Of a stretch of DNA of 64,000 nt, positions 24,201-38,095 are shown one piece after another (the stretch's first letter is position 1; each line of letters begins with the position of its first letter). The notes under the pieces are model-generated. The model did no database searches. It was not told where the DNA came from and worked only from the letters and a program-made list of their open reading frames with translations. Source of the stretch: Rhizodiscina lignyota (taxonomy: Eukaryota); contig ML978124.1 in assembly GCA_010015805.1 (NCBI GenBank), positions 496,001 to 560,000 on the forward strand, given 5' to 3'. Both the position numbers and the translations under genes were made by a program.

Positions 24201-26088
24201 AAACATTGGCGCGTATCTACCAAGCACTCCTTTGAAATTGCGCGGTGCGAAGCTTGTAGCCGCTGACGGGTCGTAAATCGAAGCAAGCAAGCCTGCGTAA
24301 GCCCTCGCTACGTTTCCATTGTGACCGAGCGGATTGTTCGTATTCAACTCTTTCTTGTACTTCTCCACTACACTCCGGATCAGTTACATATTCACAGCAA
24401 GACTGAGAAGCTCGAATTAACTTACGGAGAAAGTACTGCGTCAGCTCTTCAACACTACGAATGCATTGCAAGGCAGAGTTCATGTAACACGAGTTACCAA
24501 GGTTTATCAAACCAACCGTGCCACGAGTTCGACCAGTACGTTGAGAACGCCCCCGAGTCATTGGTCCAGAGGGAGCAGGGCTAGACCGACCGCTTGATGT
24601 ACCTGCTTTGCTAGCTGTTGTACGGTTCGCAGTGGTCTTGTTGTTGAGAGTGACACCGTTCTTTGCTGCTGTGGAGCGCAATGCATCTGAGACGTATTCG
24701 TCCTTGGTAGTTGAGACTTGCTCTTCGACGATGAGAGTTTGATCCGATGCGAGACCAAGGATTGCAATCTTTGAGCGTCCATTGTACTTCGGATTGGCTG
24801 TCTCGTCTCGGCAGTCGACCATCTCCCGGTCTGAACCTTCGGTCATAGATGTGAATTCGTTGAGGTCCATTTCCAGTTTAAGGGAGGAGGCCTGTGGTCG
24901 CATGCGCGGCGAACCGCCCGATGAGGACGGAGGCGTTAATATTCCTGGCTGATTTCTAGTACTGGCCTCTGGTACGGGTTGGTTCATCGAAGTCAGGTCC
25001 CTCCAGAGGCGAATCTTGACGTTATTAGGGACATTGACTGCCTGCTTTACGTCTTTCAGGAACTCTTGTGTACCCTTGCTGCGCGTTGCCATGAGCTTTG
25101 GAGCAGCTAAATTTCGCTCTTGAAGGACTTCTAGAGTAGTTCCATCCTTCCCGTTTCGAACCTTGCGGATCGTGAAGATTGGCGGATGCAATTCATAAAT
25201 GACATTAGTGCTTGTCGAGTCCTCTTCAGCAGTATCGTGTGCGTAGCGCTTGACAGGGAATGAGCCAGATGCCAGGCCGTACCAGTCGAGGATCAGATCC
25301 CATGCCTTCGAAGGCACAATCGTGTAATCGTCTTCGGTCACTCCAGCTCTGAGCGGTATGAATGGCTCTCCCTTCTCGTCGCTGTATGTGTGCTCTGGCA
25401 TTTCTTTCAAATATTAGCTGCATATTCAAGGGGGAAAAGACCCCTAACCTGTTTGCATAATTGATGAATTGTCTATCGGGCCAACTTCTCCTTCTAGAGC
25501 ATCCTTATCCACATCAGCTGGCGGTGAGCTGGTTCGCGCAAGAACGCGTTGCAGCCACTTGTTCGCCACCAAATATCCTACATCGCCATCCTGAGGTGGC
25601 TCCTGTAGCATGGGAAGCACTTCTCCGTATTGCTCATCATATGAAGGGCGAGGGGTATTGCTGGCCTTGTCTTCAATGATTCTATCATCAGAGGTTGCGG
25701 TCATGTGAAATGGTGATGACTCAAGACTCGTGGCGGCGCTTGAAGGCTGTGCGGAGGCTGATGTTGGATCGGAATTGATACTGTTCGAGGCAGTACCATC
25801 CGCCATTTGATCATTGGAAGAGGGCTCGTTCGAGCTGAATCTCGCATTTGACGTGCCCTTTGAGGAGCTGGCGTTGTCTCCACCGGTGGTGTTGGTGCCC
25901 TCGTGCCCAGGTGTTTCCTTCATATCAACATCATCACCATCTTCCATGTGTGCGGCGGATCGCTTCGGAGGTGATGACGAGCGAGTCTCCTGCGATGTGA
26001 CACTCCGTTTCAGGCTGGCATTGTCGAAAGGTGTTGGAAGTCCTTCCTCAAGCGCTGGAGAGTCTTCGCGATTCTGATCCTCCGGCAT
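21203..26088 (-). CDS. UBP12: Ubiquitin carboxyl-terminal hydrolase (DUSP + USP; Ubp12/USP4/15-like), 4 exons. First in-frame ATG at 26088; possible non-AUG start at 26391
   Basis: Cys box GLINLGNSCYMNSALQC, QQDSQE, CPEC/CSRC zinc pair, HLKRF, His box HYGGLGGGHYTA, AAYLLFYRR. Confidence 0.93.
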
Positions 26089-27035
26089 TATCGGGGTTCC
26101 GCCAGTGTTTAGCGATAGCCCAGCGTAAGCTTCAGTTGGCGAGCTTGCGGCTGAGGAGATAGAGGTATCTCCAGAAGCTTCAGCGATCTCTCCGTGTAGA
26201 TGTGCGGGAATGAAGCGAGGCGGAGAGAGTGAGGGGCGAGAATCGGAGATGGGAGGCGGAAGAGAGGGAGGTGGCGTGGCAGAGCTGGAAGGTTCGAAGG
26301 CTGGAGGTGTGCAATGCCGGATTGGTGGATGGGTATCCTGATCAACTTGTGTCTTTGAAATCTTTCTCTTCTTGGAGGTGGAGGAAGCCGTTTTTGCAGT
26401 GTCTCGCGCTGCTTTCAAACCGTTTGCCGGTCCGAAAGCATAAACACGTAGAAAGGGCCGGGAAGATGTGAGCAAACGTAATGTAGCAAGCAGCTACATC
26501 GATAGACGCGAAAAGAGAGTTTTAATGTTGCGCGGAAGGGCGTAATGTCGCGTGGTGTCGGCGCCAGGCACCTTCTAGGTGACGCTTCGAGATTCTGATC
26601 TTGGGGGCCCAAGCGTCGGTCGTGAGGCTGACGGCACTTGCCATATTTTAATTTCATAAACACCAACACACATCGGGAGGATACTTAGTATCTTGCATAA
26701 GGCCCCCGACGAGATGGACAAAGTAGCTGGTCGCCAGGCAAGATGCAACCCATAAGTGTGAGCGCCTCTCGTACTTCAAGGTCAGCCAGGCTATCTCTGG
26801 AAGCTTAGTTCTATGTTCTTCAGAGAGTGCATCATAGTAATAGGCCTTTGAAAACCTTGATCACCATGTTCGTTCTAGAATCTATCGATTATGGCTGTTC
26901 GGTGTCTTAAAAGCTACGGTGAGCCTTTTGGTCACGATCGAGTATGGACTAAGGTACTGTAGAATGCGTTTCATGACTTAATGCTATTGATAAATGGACC
27001 GACTCCCTTATATCTGCGCTTCATGGTGAACAACC

Positions 27036-28156
27036 TCAACGATTGCTCTCTGTGCTTGTCTCCTTGCGCTTCTTCTCCTCCGCCCTATCCTCCCTTATTA
27101 CTTCCTCGGCGATTGACAAAACCCACGCAGTGAATTCCGGTGGGAACTTGAATTTCTGTGTGGGTTGTTCCGCTCCAAACTCGGTTCCGTTCCCCTCTTG
27201 AGTGCGAATCTCATGTTCAACGGAGTTCGGACTTGGAGTAAGGTTCCTGCACAATCTCAGTTATTAGCATCCGCATCGTGGCTATTCGGTCCATAAGCTA
27301 TTGCGTACTGCTCAGATGAAGATAATGACCCGCTGCAATTCACTGCAGATTCACAGGTGCTATTGCAGGTGTCTGGGTGTTCTGCAGAGCTGAGAGGTCC
27401 ATATGCCAGCAGAGGCTGTCCTGATTGCCGTGTCGTTCTCATACCCTCCGCTTGAGACAATGGCAGTTGGTCAAAGTTTTCTCTTCCCTCTCCATTCGAA
27501 ATGAACAGAGTCTCTTCGCCCTCAAGCGCCTCGTCAAGTACAGCAACTTCGCACCATTCATGTGTATCCGGCTGTTTCTCTTCATCCCCACCCTCGTGAT
27601 CCATTGTGGAGCTGGAGTCAGGGTATACCGTGACCCATCCGTCTTCGGCGCTGTTCTCGACTCTCTCCTCGATGTCCTCTGGGTGGAGCTCGTGTCGCAA
27701 TGGTGAGTGGCTTGTACACGGCCGTTGCAGTGCCAAAGTCCTCCTTGTCGCGGGAGCGCTTGGTGGAAAAGACTGGCGAAGTCGCCATGCCTCTTGGTTC
27801 CATCTATCTTGAACCTCATCTTGCTCAACATTCAGTGTTTCGACAACCTTCATCTGCTTCAATGTCTCTTCGGATGTTGCATCATTCGAGTATGCTTCCT
27901 CCAGCTCCTCTTCGGCCTTTCGCAGTCGCATCTCAGTGTCATCTACCCTACTTTCCCACTCTTCCATAAATGTTGCAAACTGACACCCGCCGCAATTCAC
28001 TCTAGACAGGAAGTATGGAAGAAAGGAACTCGAACCTCCCCTTGCGCAGCAACACGCTGGGTCACCACTCGTGTGTCGTACGGTCCTGCGACAGTGTGAA
28101 TAAATGCGATAGCTGGTATGGCCACAGCCATGCCATACTTGGTGTATCTTGCACAT
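27036..28156 (-). CDS. Hypothetical protein with N-terminal MCx7CGH Cys/His cluster, 2 exons (intron 27308-27247)
   Basis: MCKIHQVWHGCGH...HC...CCC...CGGC followed by an acidic coiled region. The intron GTACGC...GCTAAT...CAG joins the two ORFs in frame. Confidence 0.65.
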
Positions 28157-31100
28157 GGTTGCACGATTCCGGAAGGAGACTTGGATAAACGTAGGCGTTC
28201 GCGATGATTTGAGATAGGCCAAGTTATATAAATTCGGTCAGATTCCAATGCGTGTCGCAGAAGGCCGAAAATGTCCCGTGTTTGCGGTGCTGCGACGTGA
28301 AATATGCCAACCTCCGATGATAGAGATGCTTTAAACAGAGTTTCTCGTCCAAGTTGGCTCCTGGTGTTGCCGGAATGAATATTTCAGGCCTTTGATGATG
28401 CACCGGGCATTTAGACCCGATCTTCGATAACGATGATCTCCAAGTATGAGGCACCGAGAGTACCAAACCACGACCGATCGACAGCTGGAGGGAGAAGATG
28501 GAGAGAAACGGCGATGATGAAAGAGCGATAGATACAAACTAAAGAGTCAGCTACTAGTACCTAGGTGCCTACAGGAGTCCGTGAATACGTTGAGTTGCGC
28601 CTTCCATAATTTCCCTTCACGGTGTGCGCTTTGACGCAGTGAACCACTCTTTTCCCAACGTCCATATTTCCAAACACACGAATTGTTCACCTCTGATTTC
28701 GAATTATGTCATCACGCAAAATAAGGAGGAGATACGTGGAGTTTCCCACCAGCGAACAGTCTCCAGGGCCACCCCACTACAGTCGTCTTCAGCACTTCTA
28801 AGAAGCTTCTACATATTAGTGAGTTTATATTCGAGGTCGTCAGGGATTAGCTTACAAGGCCTGCTTTAGAGGGTTTGCTTCTCGATGTCGTAGAAAAAGG
28901 ACGCCGTTGCAGGTCTTATTCGCTCACGAGAAACCTGCTCTTTCGTACCTTTGGGATCTGTCTCCATAACCAGTTCTTGTAGCGAGAACGTCTCGGTTCA
29001 TTTTTTTCTTTTCAACTTTCGTCTCGGTGTATCTTGATTAGATACATTTCAGCTCGTATTATCAACCTTACTACAGTAACTGCGCTCCATTCTTTACAGT
29101 CACGAGAGAGTCTATCGTTATATGTATGGAGGCTACGGCATTTATATCCTCACATTGCCATTCTGGCGATCAGCTGGCCTAGTATCCTAATTCAGAAGAC
29201 TTCCGTGGTACACTTTACCAGTCTTTAGTTACCTTTAGATCGGTAGTCTTGTGGTCTTTCTTCGGTACCGAACCTTTTAGCTTGCATTGCCTAGGCGGCA
29301 GACGGCGGGGTGACGAAAGTGGCGGGCGACCAGAGTGGAGCTTGACACGGAAGGGGTTTGCTTATTCTTCCTTCCCTCAAATGTAGAGTTGGAGTTAGTC
29401 TCACCACGAGAGATGTTCCAATATATGAGTTGATGAAAGAAAAGATTAGAGACACAGGCTGGAGGGGCTTGGCACGCTCCCTGAGTGGGTGCAGGCGCCA
29501 TTACCACTGACCAGCGTTCGGCGCCTGCAGCGTTTAGCAACAACAACGGTTAGCGCACCAATCAGGATTTCCAGGTTTATTTCGTGCGTCAGACAGCCAC
29601 CTCACGGCTTTCCGACCCAGATCTGTCACGTGCGCGGGACCTGCGGGTGTTCGCAGGCCCACAGGGGAGCCAAATCGGTCTGGCTTCGTGGCTGCAACAG
29701 TAGCTCCAAGCGGCGCTGCGGCAGACCAGAAAGCCTAAACTCTCCGAATACGGAATCATGGATAACCAGAAACTGGAGAGACAAGAGTCATGATGCAGGT
29801 AGATGGAAATCATGCCGAAGCACCCACTTTGCCGCAACCAGAGCGGCCAAAAGGCACCGGATGAGAACGAATAGCAAAGGATATGCGGAACGAGATGGAT
29901 CAGTTTGCTCTGGACCACGCTACAGCTGTATTGTCGCTATGAACTTCCCTTTATCGTTTCCCCATCGGAGATTTCGGGAGACGTTACCTAGTGACGCAGG
30001 CAAGGTCATTGCCATGTGCGCGGCTAAGTTAGTGCTGGCGGTGTACAGCACCGTTCAGAGGTTGGAAAGGAAGGCATGGATGGCAGTGGAGCCTCTGCAC
30101 TGACGGTAGCACAGCGCCGGAAGAGCAGACAGGGTGGATCATGATGCTGGCAGAGCATGCGCTTGGGAACGAGCGCTTGATGTCTCTTTACCCTGACCCA
30201 ACGGAAGGCAAGGTTTAGAGGCCCATGTCCTGAAATAACAGCCGTGCCCCGGTCCATGCCTCGCCGGTCGCAAGTCGCAAAGCAGGGCGACCGGCCTTCC
30301 TGCGCACATGCTGCTTGCTCCTTTGGCTCCCCGCAAACTTAGCTCACCCACCGTCGACGGGCTCTGCTGTAGATCAGACTCGTTTTCCTTCTCTTATATC
30401 GTCCGTCATCACGTCTTATTCGCAATTGACCGCTTTTCGTGCTCGTCGTATCATCTGCTGTCTTCAATCCTTCCAACTTGTACCCAGCATGTGCCTCACC
30501 TCGTGCCATTGGTCTGGATGAGCACTAACATTGGACTTGCAGAAGTACTTGTACATACGCTCCTACCCTCTCTCTGATTGCTCCTTCACGCTGCATAAGG
30601 CCCTGTAAAGCACGGTCACCCACCGCTTCCTTTTCTCTCAACGGGCTGACTGTTTCGCTCGCCCCGCTCCGGTGCCTGAACTGTCTCGTGCACTCGGTCT
30701 GTCATGCATTGTAGCACCATCGTCCTATCCCGGTCATAAACTAGCCTTCACGCACCTCAGCCGTCAACGCTGAAACCTTCTTGAGGAAGCGACAGAAGAC
30801 CATCTCAAATCTTCGATAGCGATTGCGGTCCATGTCGACGGGAGGCCACTTTCGTTCTACCAGTCGAACCAAACCAAACATCCGAGCGGAGGACTCCGCA
30901 AACATAGAATCAAATCTATACTCGCTCGGCCTCCTCGGAGGTGGAAGGGCAACAAGGAGAAATAAATCGGTAGAATTCAAGTCGCAAAACGAAGAGCGTG
31001 GTACGGAAACACCTTCTCTTTCTCTTCTGTTCCAATTGTTTAAGACATGTCTAAAACTGAATCCATTCACCGTGCGCGCCCTAACAGATCTTATAGAGCT

Positions 31101-31248
31101 TCGTAGACCACCGCATTCTCCGCGGTACCCTCCCATCAGCGCCTCGCCAATTATCTCGCGATCCTCTTCCAGAAGGTCCGCAAGCTCACCCACTCGCTCG
31201 CTTCCGACTCGTCCGCTCCCATCTTCAGTCCCGAGGTCTGGCAGAGGC

Positions 31249-34200
31249 ATGGCCGGCGTGCTGGACCTGGACAGGACTGGAAACCGCAGAGACAGGACGT
31301 TCGTTGGGGCAGAATGCGCGGTCTGCGAGGAACCTCTAGAGCACACACTTCGCGGTGAGCGTATACTACAGCTCACATGCGCGCATGTTGCACACGAAGC
31401 TTGCTTCTATGAGTACATCCGGGAATTTGAGGCGCAAACTTGTCCAGCATGTGATGCACCGCTTGGGCTGGACTCAAGCCGGGGAGGTAATGTATTAGAT
31501 ATGGGTATACGATGTGTTCTACAATTCGATACACCGCATCGCTAATACTAATGCAGGAAAGCTCAACAACTTGGTGAAGTCCAACAGATCACTTGATCTT
31601 AGAGATGACCCACGAGATGGTTACGACGCGGCTACCCCATGGGATCGTGACCCACGACCCGACACTTCGCGATCTGCCTCTGCCAGAGATGTACATTATG
31701 GGGAAAAGAGTCAAGCACGAGATTTCAGCGAAAACAACTCTTCGCGCCTACACAATCGGAACGATAGTGGAGTGTCTGGTCCCTCTAATGAATATGCGGA
31801 CCCACATGCACCTGTCGCCAGAAGGCATGACTTTGACGTCCAGTCTATGGAGACAACTCTGAACAGCCCGAAGACGGCGAACAGGAATCCTATTCCAGCC
31901 CCTCACGTCACTATACGAAGCGAGTTTCCTACATTAACGCGATCGCGCCAGCAACAGAGTTTGACCTGCCTTGTCACCGTCGAAGTTGCAGAGCGAAAGT
32001 GGAAACACGAACCGGAGCCGGAGAGTTCGCAACGGGCTCAAACAACGACTAAACTTGCAAAGGCGCCGAGCCAGAACTTTGTCAGGGCCACTCCCATGGA
32101 CCAAAGCGTGGCAGAGCGACTCAGAGATCGAGTGGATAACTGGCATGGATTGGATGTCTCAAGGTTGGAGATTTTGTCGGCGCTACTTGTCAAGGCTGAG
32201 CTTACACTAGAGCAGGTTCGGGAAATTGCATCTTCACGCCCACATCCGTGTTGGAAAAGATAGGAGGACCTGGCAGGATTTGGAGTGCTACCTTTTCTCT
32301 GAAATGCTAATTTGCGTGAAAGAGAAGAGAGTGCCATCAGATTCGCAGGTTGGAAAAGTGCGATGCAATCTCAAGGGTTCGATATTGATCAAGAAGCACC
32401 TTCGACAAGTTGATGCATCCATGGGTATATCAGCCCATCCCTTCTTTCGACTCGACACTGATTCCTTATAGATGAACTTGTTCTAACCCTTACCCTATCC
32501 GTTGCCGAATTACCGCAGTTCCATCTGCACTTCAGGGACCCGGACACTTTGGAGGTCTGGAAAATTGCACTGATGCAAATTAACAGCAATCAACAGCCTA
32601 TCCTAAAGACGACAGAGTACGATCAAGATAATTCTGGAACCGATGAGGATGATTTCACGAGCCCAAAGACGGATAAGCGCCTATCATCCGTCCATTCTTC
32701 ATACGCCGGTCGATCATACAATACAGCAGCGACAGAATATTCGAGTACCCGGAATGGTGTACCAGACATGCGACTACCGGCCGGTGTGCATGTACCGCTG
32801 GATATTGTTGTCGTAATCCCTGTATCGAGCTCGATGCAAGGCCTAAAGATAACTCTTCTCCGTGACACACTTCGTTTCCTGGTTGCCAATCTCGGAGAAC
32901 GAGATCGTATGGGTCTTGTCACATTTGGTTCAAGTGGGGGAGGAGTACCTATTGTAGGGATGACGTCAAAAGCGTGGAGTGGCTGGCCCCAAGTTTTGGA
33001 AAGTATCAAGCCTCTTGGACAAAAGAGTCTGCGGGCGGACGTTGTTGAAGGCGCCAATGTCGCAATGGATTTGCTCATGCAGCGCAAGTCGACAAATCCG
33101 CTATCAAGCATCTTATTGATCAGCGACTCTTCGACGTCAGACCCAGAAAGTGTGGACTTTGTCGTCTCGCGAGCAGAGGCCGCGAAGGTCACTATTCATT
33201 CCTTTGGACTTGGTCTCACGCACAAGCCGGACACAATGATCGAATTGTCAACTCGAACGAAGGCTTCATACACATATGTCAAAGATTGGAATGCGCTTCG
33301 AGAATGTGTCGCAGGATGCCTGGGCTCGTTGCAATCAACATCACATCAGAACGCGAAGCTCAAACTGCGGTTACCGGAGGGCTCGCCTGCGAAGTTTGTC
33401 AAGATTTCTGGTGCCATGCATATTACAAAACGGGCTACCGGAAAAGATGCTGAGGCCGCTCTTGGCAATCTACGCTTTGGAGACAAGAGAGGTATGATTG
33501 TCGGTGATTATGATCTTGCATGATGACTAACAACTGTATAGATGTTCTAGTGCAGCTTGCTATTGAGCCTGACAACAGCGCAGAGCAAGCACCCCACGAC
33601 GCATGGGAGTCCATAGTCTCTGGCCTCGAAGCACTTGGAGGAGCTGACCCAGAAGACCCACGACCACTCAGCGTGGAAGAAGTTCCCTTAATCCAAGCAG
33701 ACCTTGTGTTCGGCGACGTTCTCCGCGAAGGTCAAACCGCCCATCTGCCGCGACCAACACTACTTACAATCACAGTTCTCCCCGCATCAGGCAGACCAAA
33801 ATCCATTGCTCGGGCACCGTCTCCACCTATTCCGCCACACCCATCTGTCGTACAGCGCCGAATGGAATTATTGACATCTGACATGCTTACACGCGCTCTG
33901 ACACTTGTTTCCCGGAACCAGCACGACCGAGCGCAACAGCTCCTTACGGAGACGCGTAGTATCTTGAAAGGTCTCGGCAAAGGTAGCTTACCACCGCTTC
34001 CTCCGCCTCCTGGGAAGATCCCGCCCACTCCGAATACACCAAAGGATTCTCAAACGTCTCCAACGGGCGACTCACATCCGGACAGGCGGCAAACGCCTTC
34101 GCCGCACAACAGCACAGCCTCCAAAAACTCATTCAATCCCGCGTCTGGGATTGATCCGGGTACCATGGCCGCCTTGGATGCGGAAATTGAGAGCAGCTTA

Positions 34201-34413
34201 GAGTGGATTAATCATCCCGCAGTCTTTAGCCGGGACTCTCGGAAAGCTGTGCTTCAGGCCATCGGCATCATCTCATCTCAACGTGGCTATACATTCCGCA
34301 CGCCTATCGAAGTGCTCTGGGCTGAGCGGATACCAGGGGTGAAGCAGATCAGCGACCGAGAGAAGGAGTGGAGGGATATGGGTTTGGGCGAGGAAGCGTT
34401 AACTGAAGAGTAA
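31249..34413 (+). CDS. RING-H2 + PH + vWA domain protein (Far1/Ste5-like architecture), 5 exons
   Basis: CAVC...CAHVAHEAC...CPAC RING; WQDLECYLFSEMLICVKEK PH-like segment; PLDIVVVIPVSSSM, DRMGLVTF and IHSFGLG vWA motifs. Confidence 0.88.
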
Positions 34414-36893
34414 TTGTGTCTCTCACTTTTGCGGATTTTTGCGCGTTTTCAGCGATCTATACTGCTACATTCGGCATGTTGGTCATTTGGATCTCATTTA
34501 CGCACTTTATACCTTATACCTTCTACCTTCGCTTGGATTTCACTTTCTCGGTGTAATTGTCGGCTGTCCTCTTCTATTAGAGGAAAGCGCAGACTAGAGA
34601 GGAGGGAGGATGCCTTGAACCAGGCTTTGTCCGGAACGAGATACCACCGTAGCGCAGAGCAGCATTTCTGTCGTTATTAGCAGTAGAGTAACAAAAGACA
34701 CTACATTTTGGTTTCCCGATCAACTGGCGCCTATCATCTAGAGAACGTCCTTAATCTTACACTGCCTCCGTTTGAAGATACTTATCTGGCGGAGATAAGG
34801 AACAAGGTTGCCACCGAACATGAATCCGTCTTGGGAGGTAAGACTACTTCACGATCGTCCAATTCTCCCTAGGGGCCCCCAGCATGTGAAGACGACTCCC
34901 TGTGTGCACACGAGACACTTTCATCAAATACCTGATTCTAATAGTAGTCTGAAGTCTCTTTCAGCTTAAATCTCGCTTCACATGGCGGTTCCCGCGCCCA
35001 GGCGCCAGCTAGCAGTGCAACACTGCACGCACGGTTCAATGACTATTGGTTTCAAACACCGAGAGCACTGATCTGAGCGCGAAGCGACCACGAGCACCGA
35101 GTATTGTTGGTGAAGAGAAGGAGAAAGAGTGTGTGAAGATCCTCAACTCTCACGAGCCAACGTATTACCGTATTGCGGCATCGAGCGGGCAGGATGCCGA
35201 GCCATGGGAGAAAGGCATAGAGTGAGAACCTAAATAGTGCTCGGACGAACATGGGAGATGCTCAACGAACTTCCGTGGAGCTCAAACAGGAGATGGCCTA
35301 TCTGGTCCCGCAATATTTTAGCCGAAGAAGAGCGAAGGGACTGCAGGAATAGGCATTCGTCCCGATGAATGACACTGCGCAATGCCCATCACGCAGCTCT
35401 TTAGAGAAAGTCTAATCCAAATGCAAAGACAAGCAGCAGTTGGTCCGGGGATGTACATAGGTACGGAGTGCCGGCTCGTGCCACCCCGGGTCCACGTTGC
35501 CCTTCTTGTATCAGCAAGCTCGCCTCCAACGGTCTAGAAAGTTTCGTGATTCAGACATCTGCTCTGACCCGCATGGATCGGCGTTGGTCAATTGTACGCG
35601 TTCCCTGTAGTTTGAAAGCATAAAACATCATACGATACATGAATTCGCTACTGCAGGCGGTCACAGGTGCCCTACTGTATGTCGCGCTGCCAACGATCCG
35701 CCCTTCTTGGCCAATTATTCTGGAACGGCGATCTCCTCAAGCGAATTTCATGCGAACAGTTCGATGATGACATTGATGAAATATCCGCTGCGCCTTTCCG
35801 TCGTGGATGGGCGCTGCTGACAGCCCAGTTGTGCGCCGACGGTTCAATACCACGGCATGGGAGCCAGCATCCTGGCCTTTTTGCGCAAGCGATCTCATAG
35901 AAGGGGATAAACAAGGAAAGCACTGCGGGAAGAGGTATCCAACGAGTCAATGCTGTCCAGGTCCCCTTGCGAGTAGCATACTGTGTCTTACCGTCCAGGA
36001 TTCAGCTGACGGAAGCGCGCTCTTCGCGCTTGAAGGTGGAGGCGAGCGTCCCATTAAGCGCGATATGATCAACTTCGAGAATGCAACTGTACTCCGTAGG
36101 ACAAGAAAGCTTAAATGAACCCTTTCGCTAAGCCAGTGTATCCACTCCGAGCCCTAGACGCAGAAAAACTTGTTGTATGCAGGACATGAATCGGTAGGCA
36201 CAGAATGTCACTCTGATCTATTTAGAGTTACATCAGGCCAAGCAAAAACGGTTTCTTAAATAATGATCTTCTAGCTTAGTGGCAATACCCCGTTGGCATT
36301 AGAAAACGTCCAAGCAAAGCCTGGAGGTGAGACGGAGACCCGCTTGGAATTTGGAAAGGCAGTATTCTTTTGGGCTGCAGTCCCGAATACACGTGGCACG
36401 AGGCGCTGAACGGCCCGAACCGTGCTGTCATAACCTTATCTGCTGAGCATAACTGGAGTCTCCTATTGACAGCATTTTGTGGCGCAAACCGGAAGCTGTG
36501 CGAGGGTATTTAGTCAAAGGGATAGATCTATTGAGACATAACGCGTAATCGAACTGTAGCTCAACTATAGTGTGATATCCGGACTGAACGGACACTTTGT
36601 CGATCTGGTTGCAATTTCGTACAGTTTCGTCTCCGTACATCTCCGTAGAAGTGTTGCAACGTTTGATAAGAATGCTCGGCCAAAGACTATAAGGTTAAGT
36701 ACGTCAGGAGATAGCAAGTGCCATTGATAAGCTGTGAGTTGTGAGACTTGTCATGGAATAGTTCTTAAACAGTACGAAGAGGAGAAGTTGGGCAGATCGT
36801 TAACCATGACGGCTCTTGAACCCCTTATAAACCATCTCATGGACATCACCCCAATCCCGATGCGTCAGAGTTGAAGCTCGAACTAGGCAGATA

Positions 36894-38095
36894 CTACCAT
36901 GTGGTACCACCAAGCGCCCGCTTGAAGTCTTCCGCTGCAACAAAGTCAGCGCTGTCTCCAGGAAGTATGAGTAGTTGCGTACCATAGTCTAGCACTCTAC
37001 CGCACTCCGACGAGTCTCTCTTCTCACGAGCCTCTGGAAGCCTTGCAATCCAATTAGCGAAAGTGGATGTTGTTTAGAGAGCAATTCTTACCATTCCCTC
37101 ATTTTATCCATCCGATTATGACTCGACGGGTGCGTAGATAGGAATTGAGGTACCTTCACCTTCTCAGCCTTGTCCATACGATCCCATAAGCCAATTGCGG
37201 CATCAGGATTGAAGCAACTCTGTGCCATCATCACTGCCATAAATCAGTACAAGACAGCGCACCAGAATTCAGACTCGTTCCCTACTTAGACCGATATAAT
37301 CCGCTTCTGACTGAGGAGCACACACATTAGCAGAGCAAACCCTCAAAGATTCGATATGTCCCTTACCTCCTGTTGTCTACTCCCCGGCAGTGAAAAGGCA
37401 TAGTTGCCCACCAGCCGAAAGAGACCTATGTCTATTCCGGTCATGAACCACGAGATAAAAGCGACCCCTGACAGTATTCCAGCCTGGCTGAGTCTCTCAG
37501 CCGCATGATGCGCGAGATTATGTGCTATCTCGTGTCCCAGCACCGTCGCGAGTCCATCGTCGTTCTTGCAAATCGGCAGTATCCCCGTATTGACGAACAC
37601 CTTGCCCCCAGGTATAACGAACGCGTTTGGCTCCGGGTCGTTGATAACATGGACCTCCCACCGCTGGTCTGTTAGGCCAGACGATGGAATGAGCCGTTCT
37701 AAGACGCGGTGCACCATTTTTGTGCGCGGGTCCCATTCTGATAACAGCTTGCCCCGATTCTGCTCCATGACCTCATTGTACATCTGCTTCGCGAAATATA
37801 TCTCGTTTTCCGGACTGATAAAGTTGAACCGTCGACGCCCTGATACAGGTACTACTTCTAGGTTGGAGACGTAGACCCCTCCGGCGACGACTCCCAAGCC
37901 GCCGATCTGGTAGAAGAACGTGGGCGACTGCGTCCATCTGTACAGAGACCAGTAGCTTTGTTGGAAGCGAGAGTATCGCTGCTGTCGGCTTCGTCCTGCG
38001 TGGAAGTTGCGAGGGAATTGGGCAAGTCGTGGTCGGAGAGTCGAGGTGATGGAGCGCGAGCGGAGGGACGTAAAAGCTGTACGGCAGGGTATCAT
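36894..38095 (-). CDS. OMA1: Mitochondrial M48 metalloendopeptidase, 5 exons
   Basis: NLEVVPVSGRRRF, NAFVIPGGKVFV, HEIAH zinc motif, EADYIGL, FLSTHP; Arg/Ser-rich presequence. Confidence 0.93.

Noticed and set aside
35764..35820. ATGATGA...CTGA as a C/D snoRNA
   Set aside because: Short, no terminal stem and no recognisable rRNA guide
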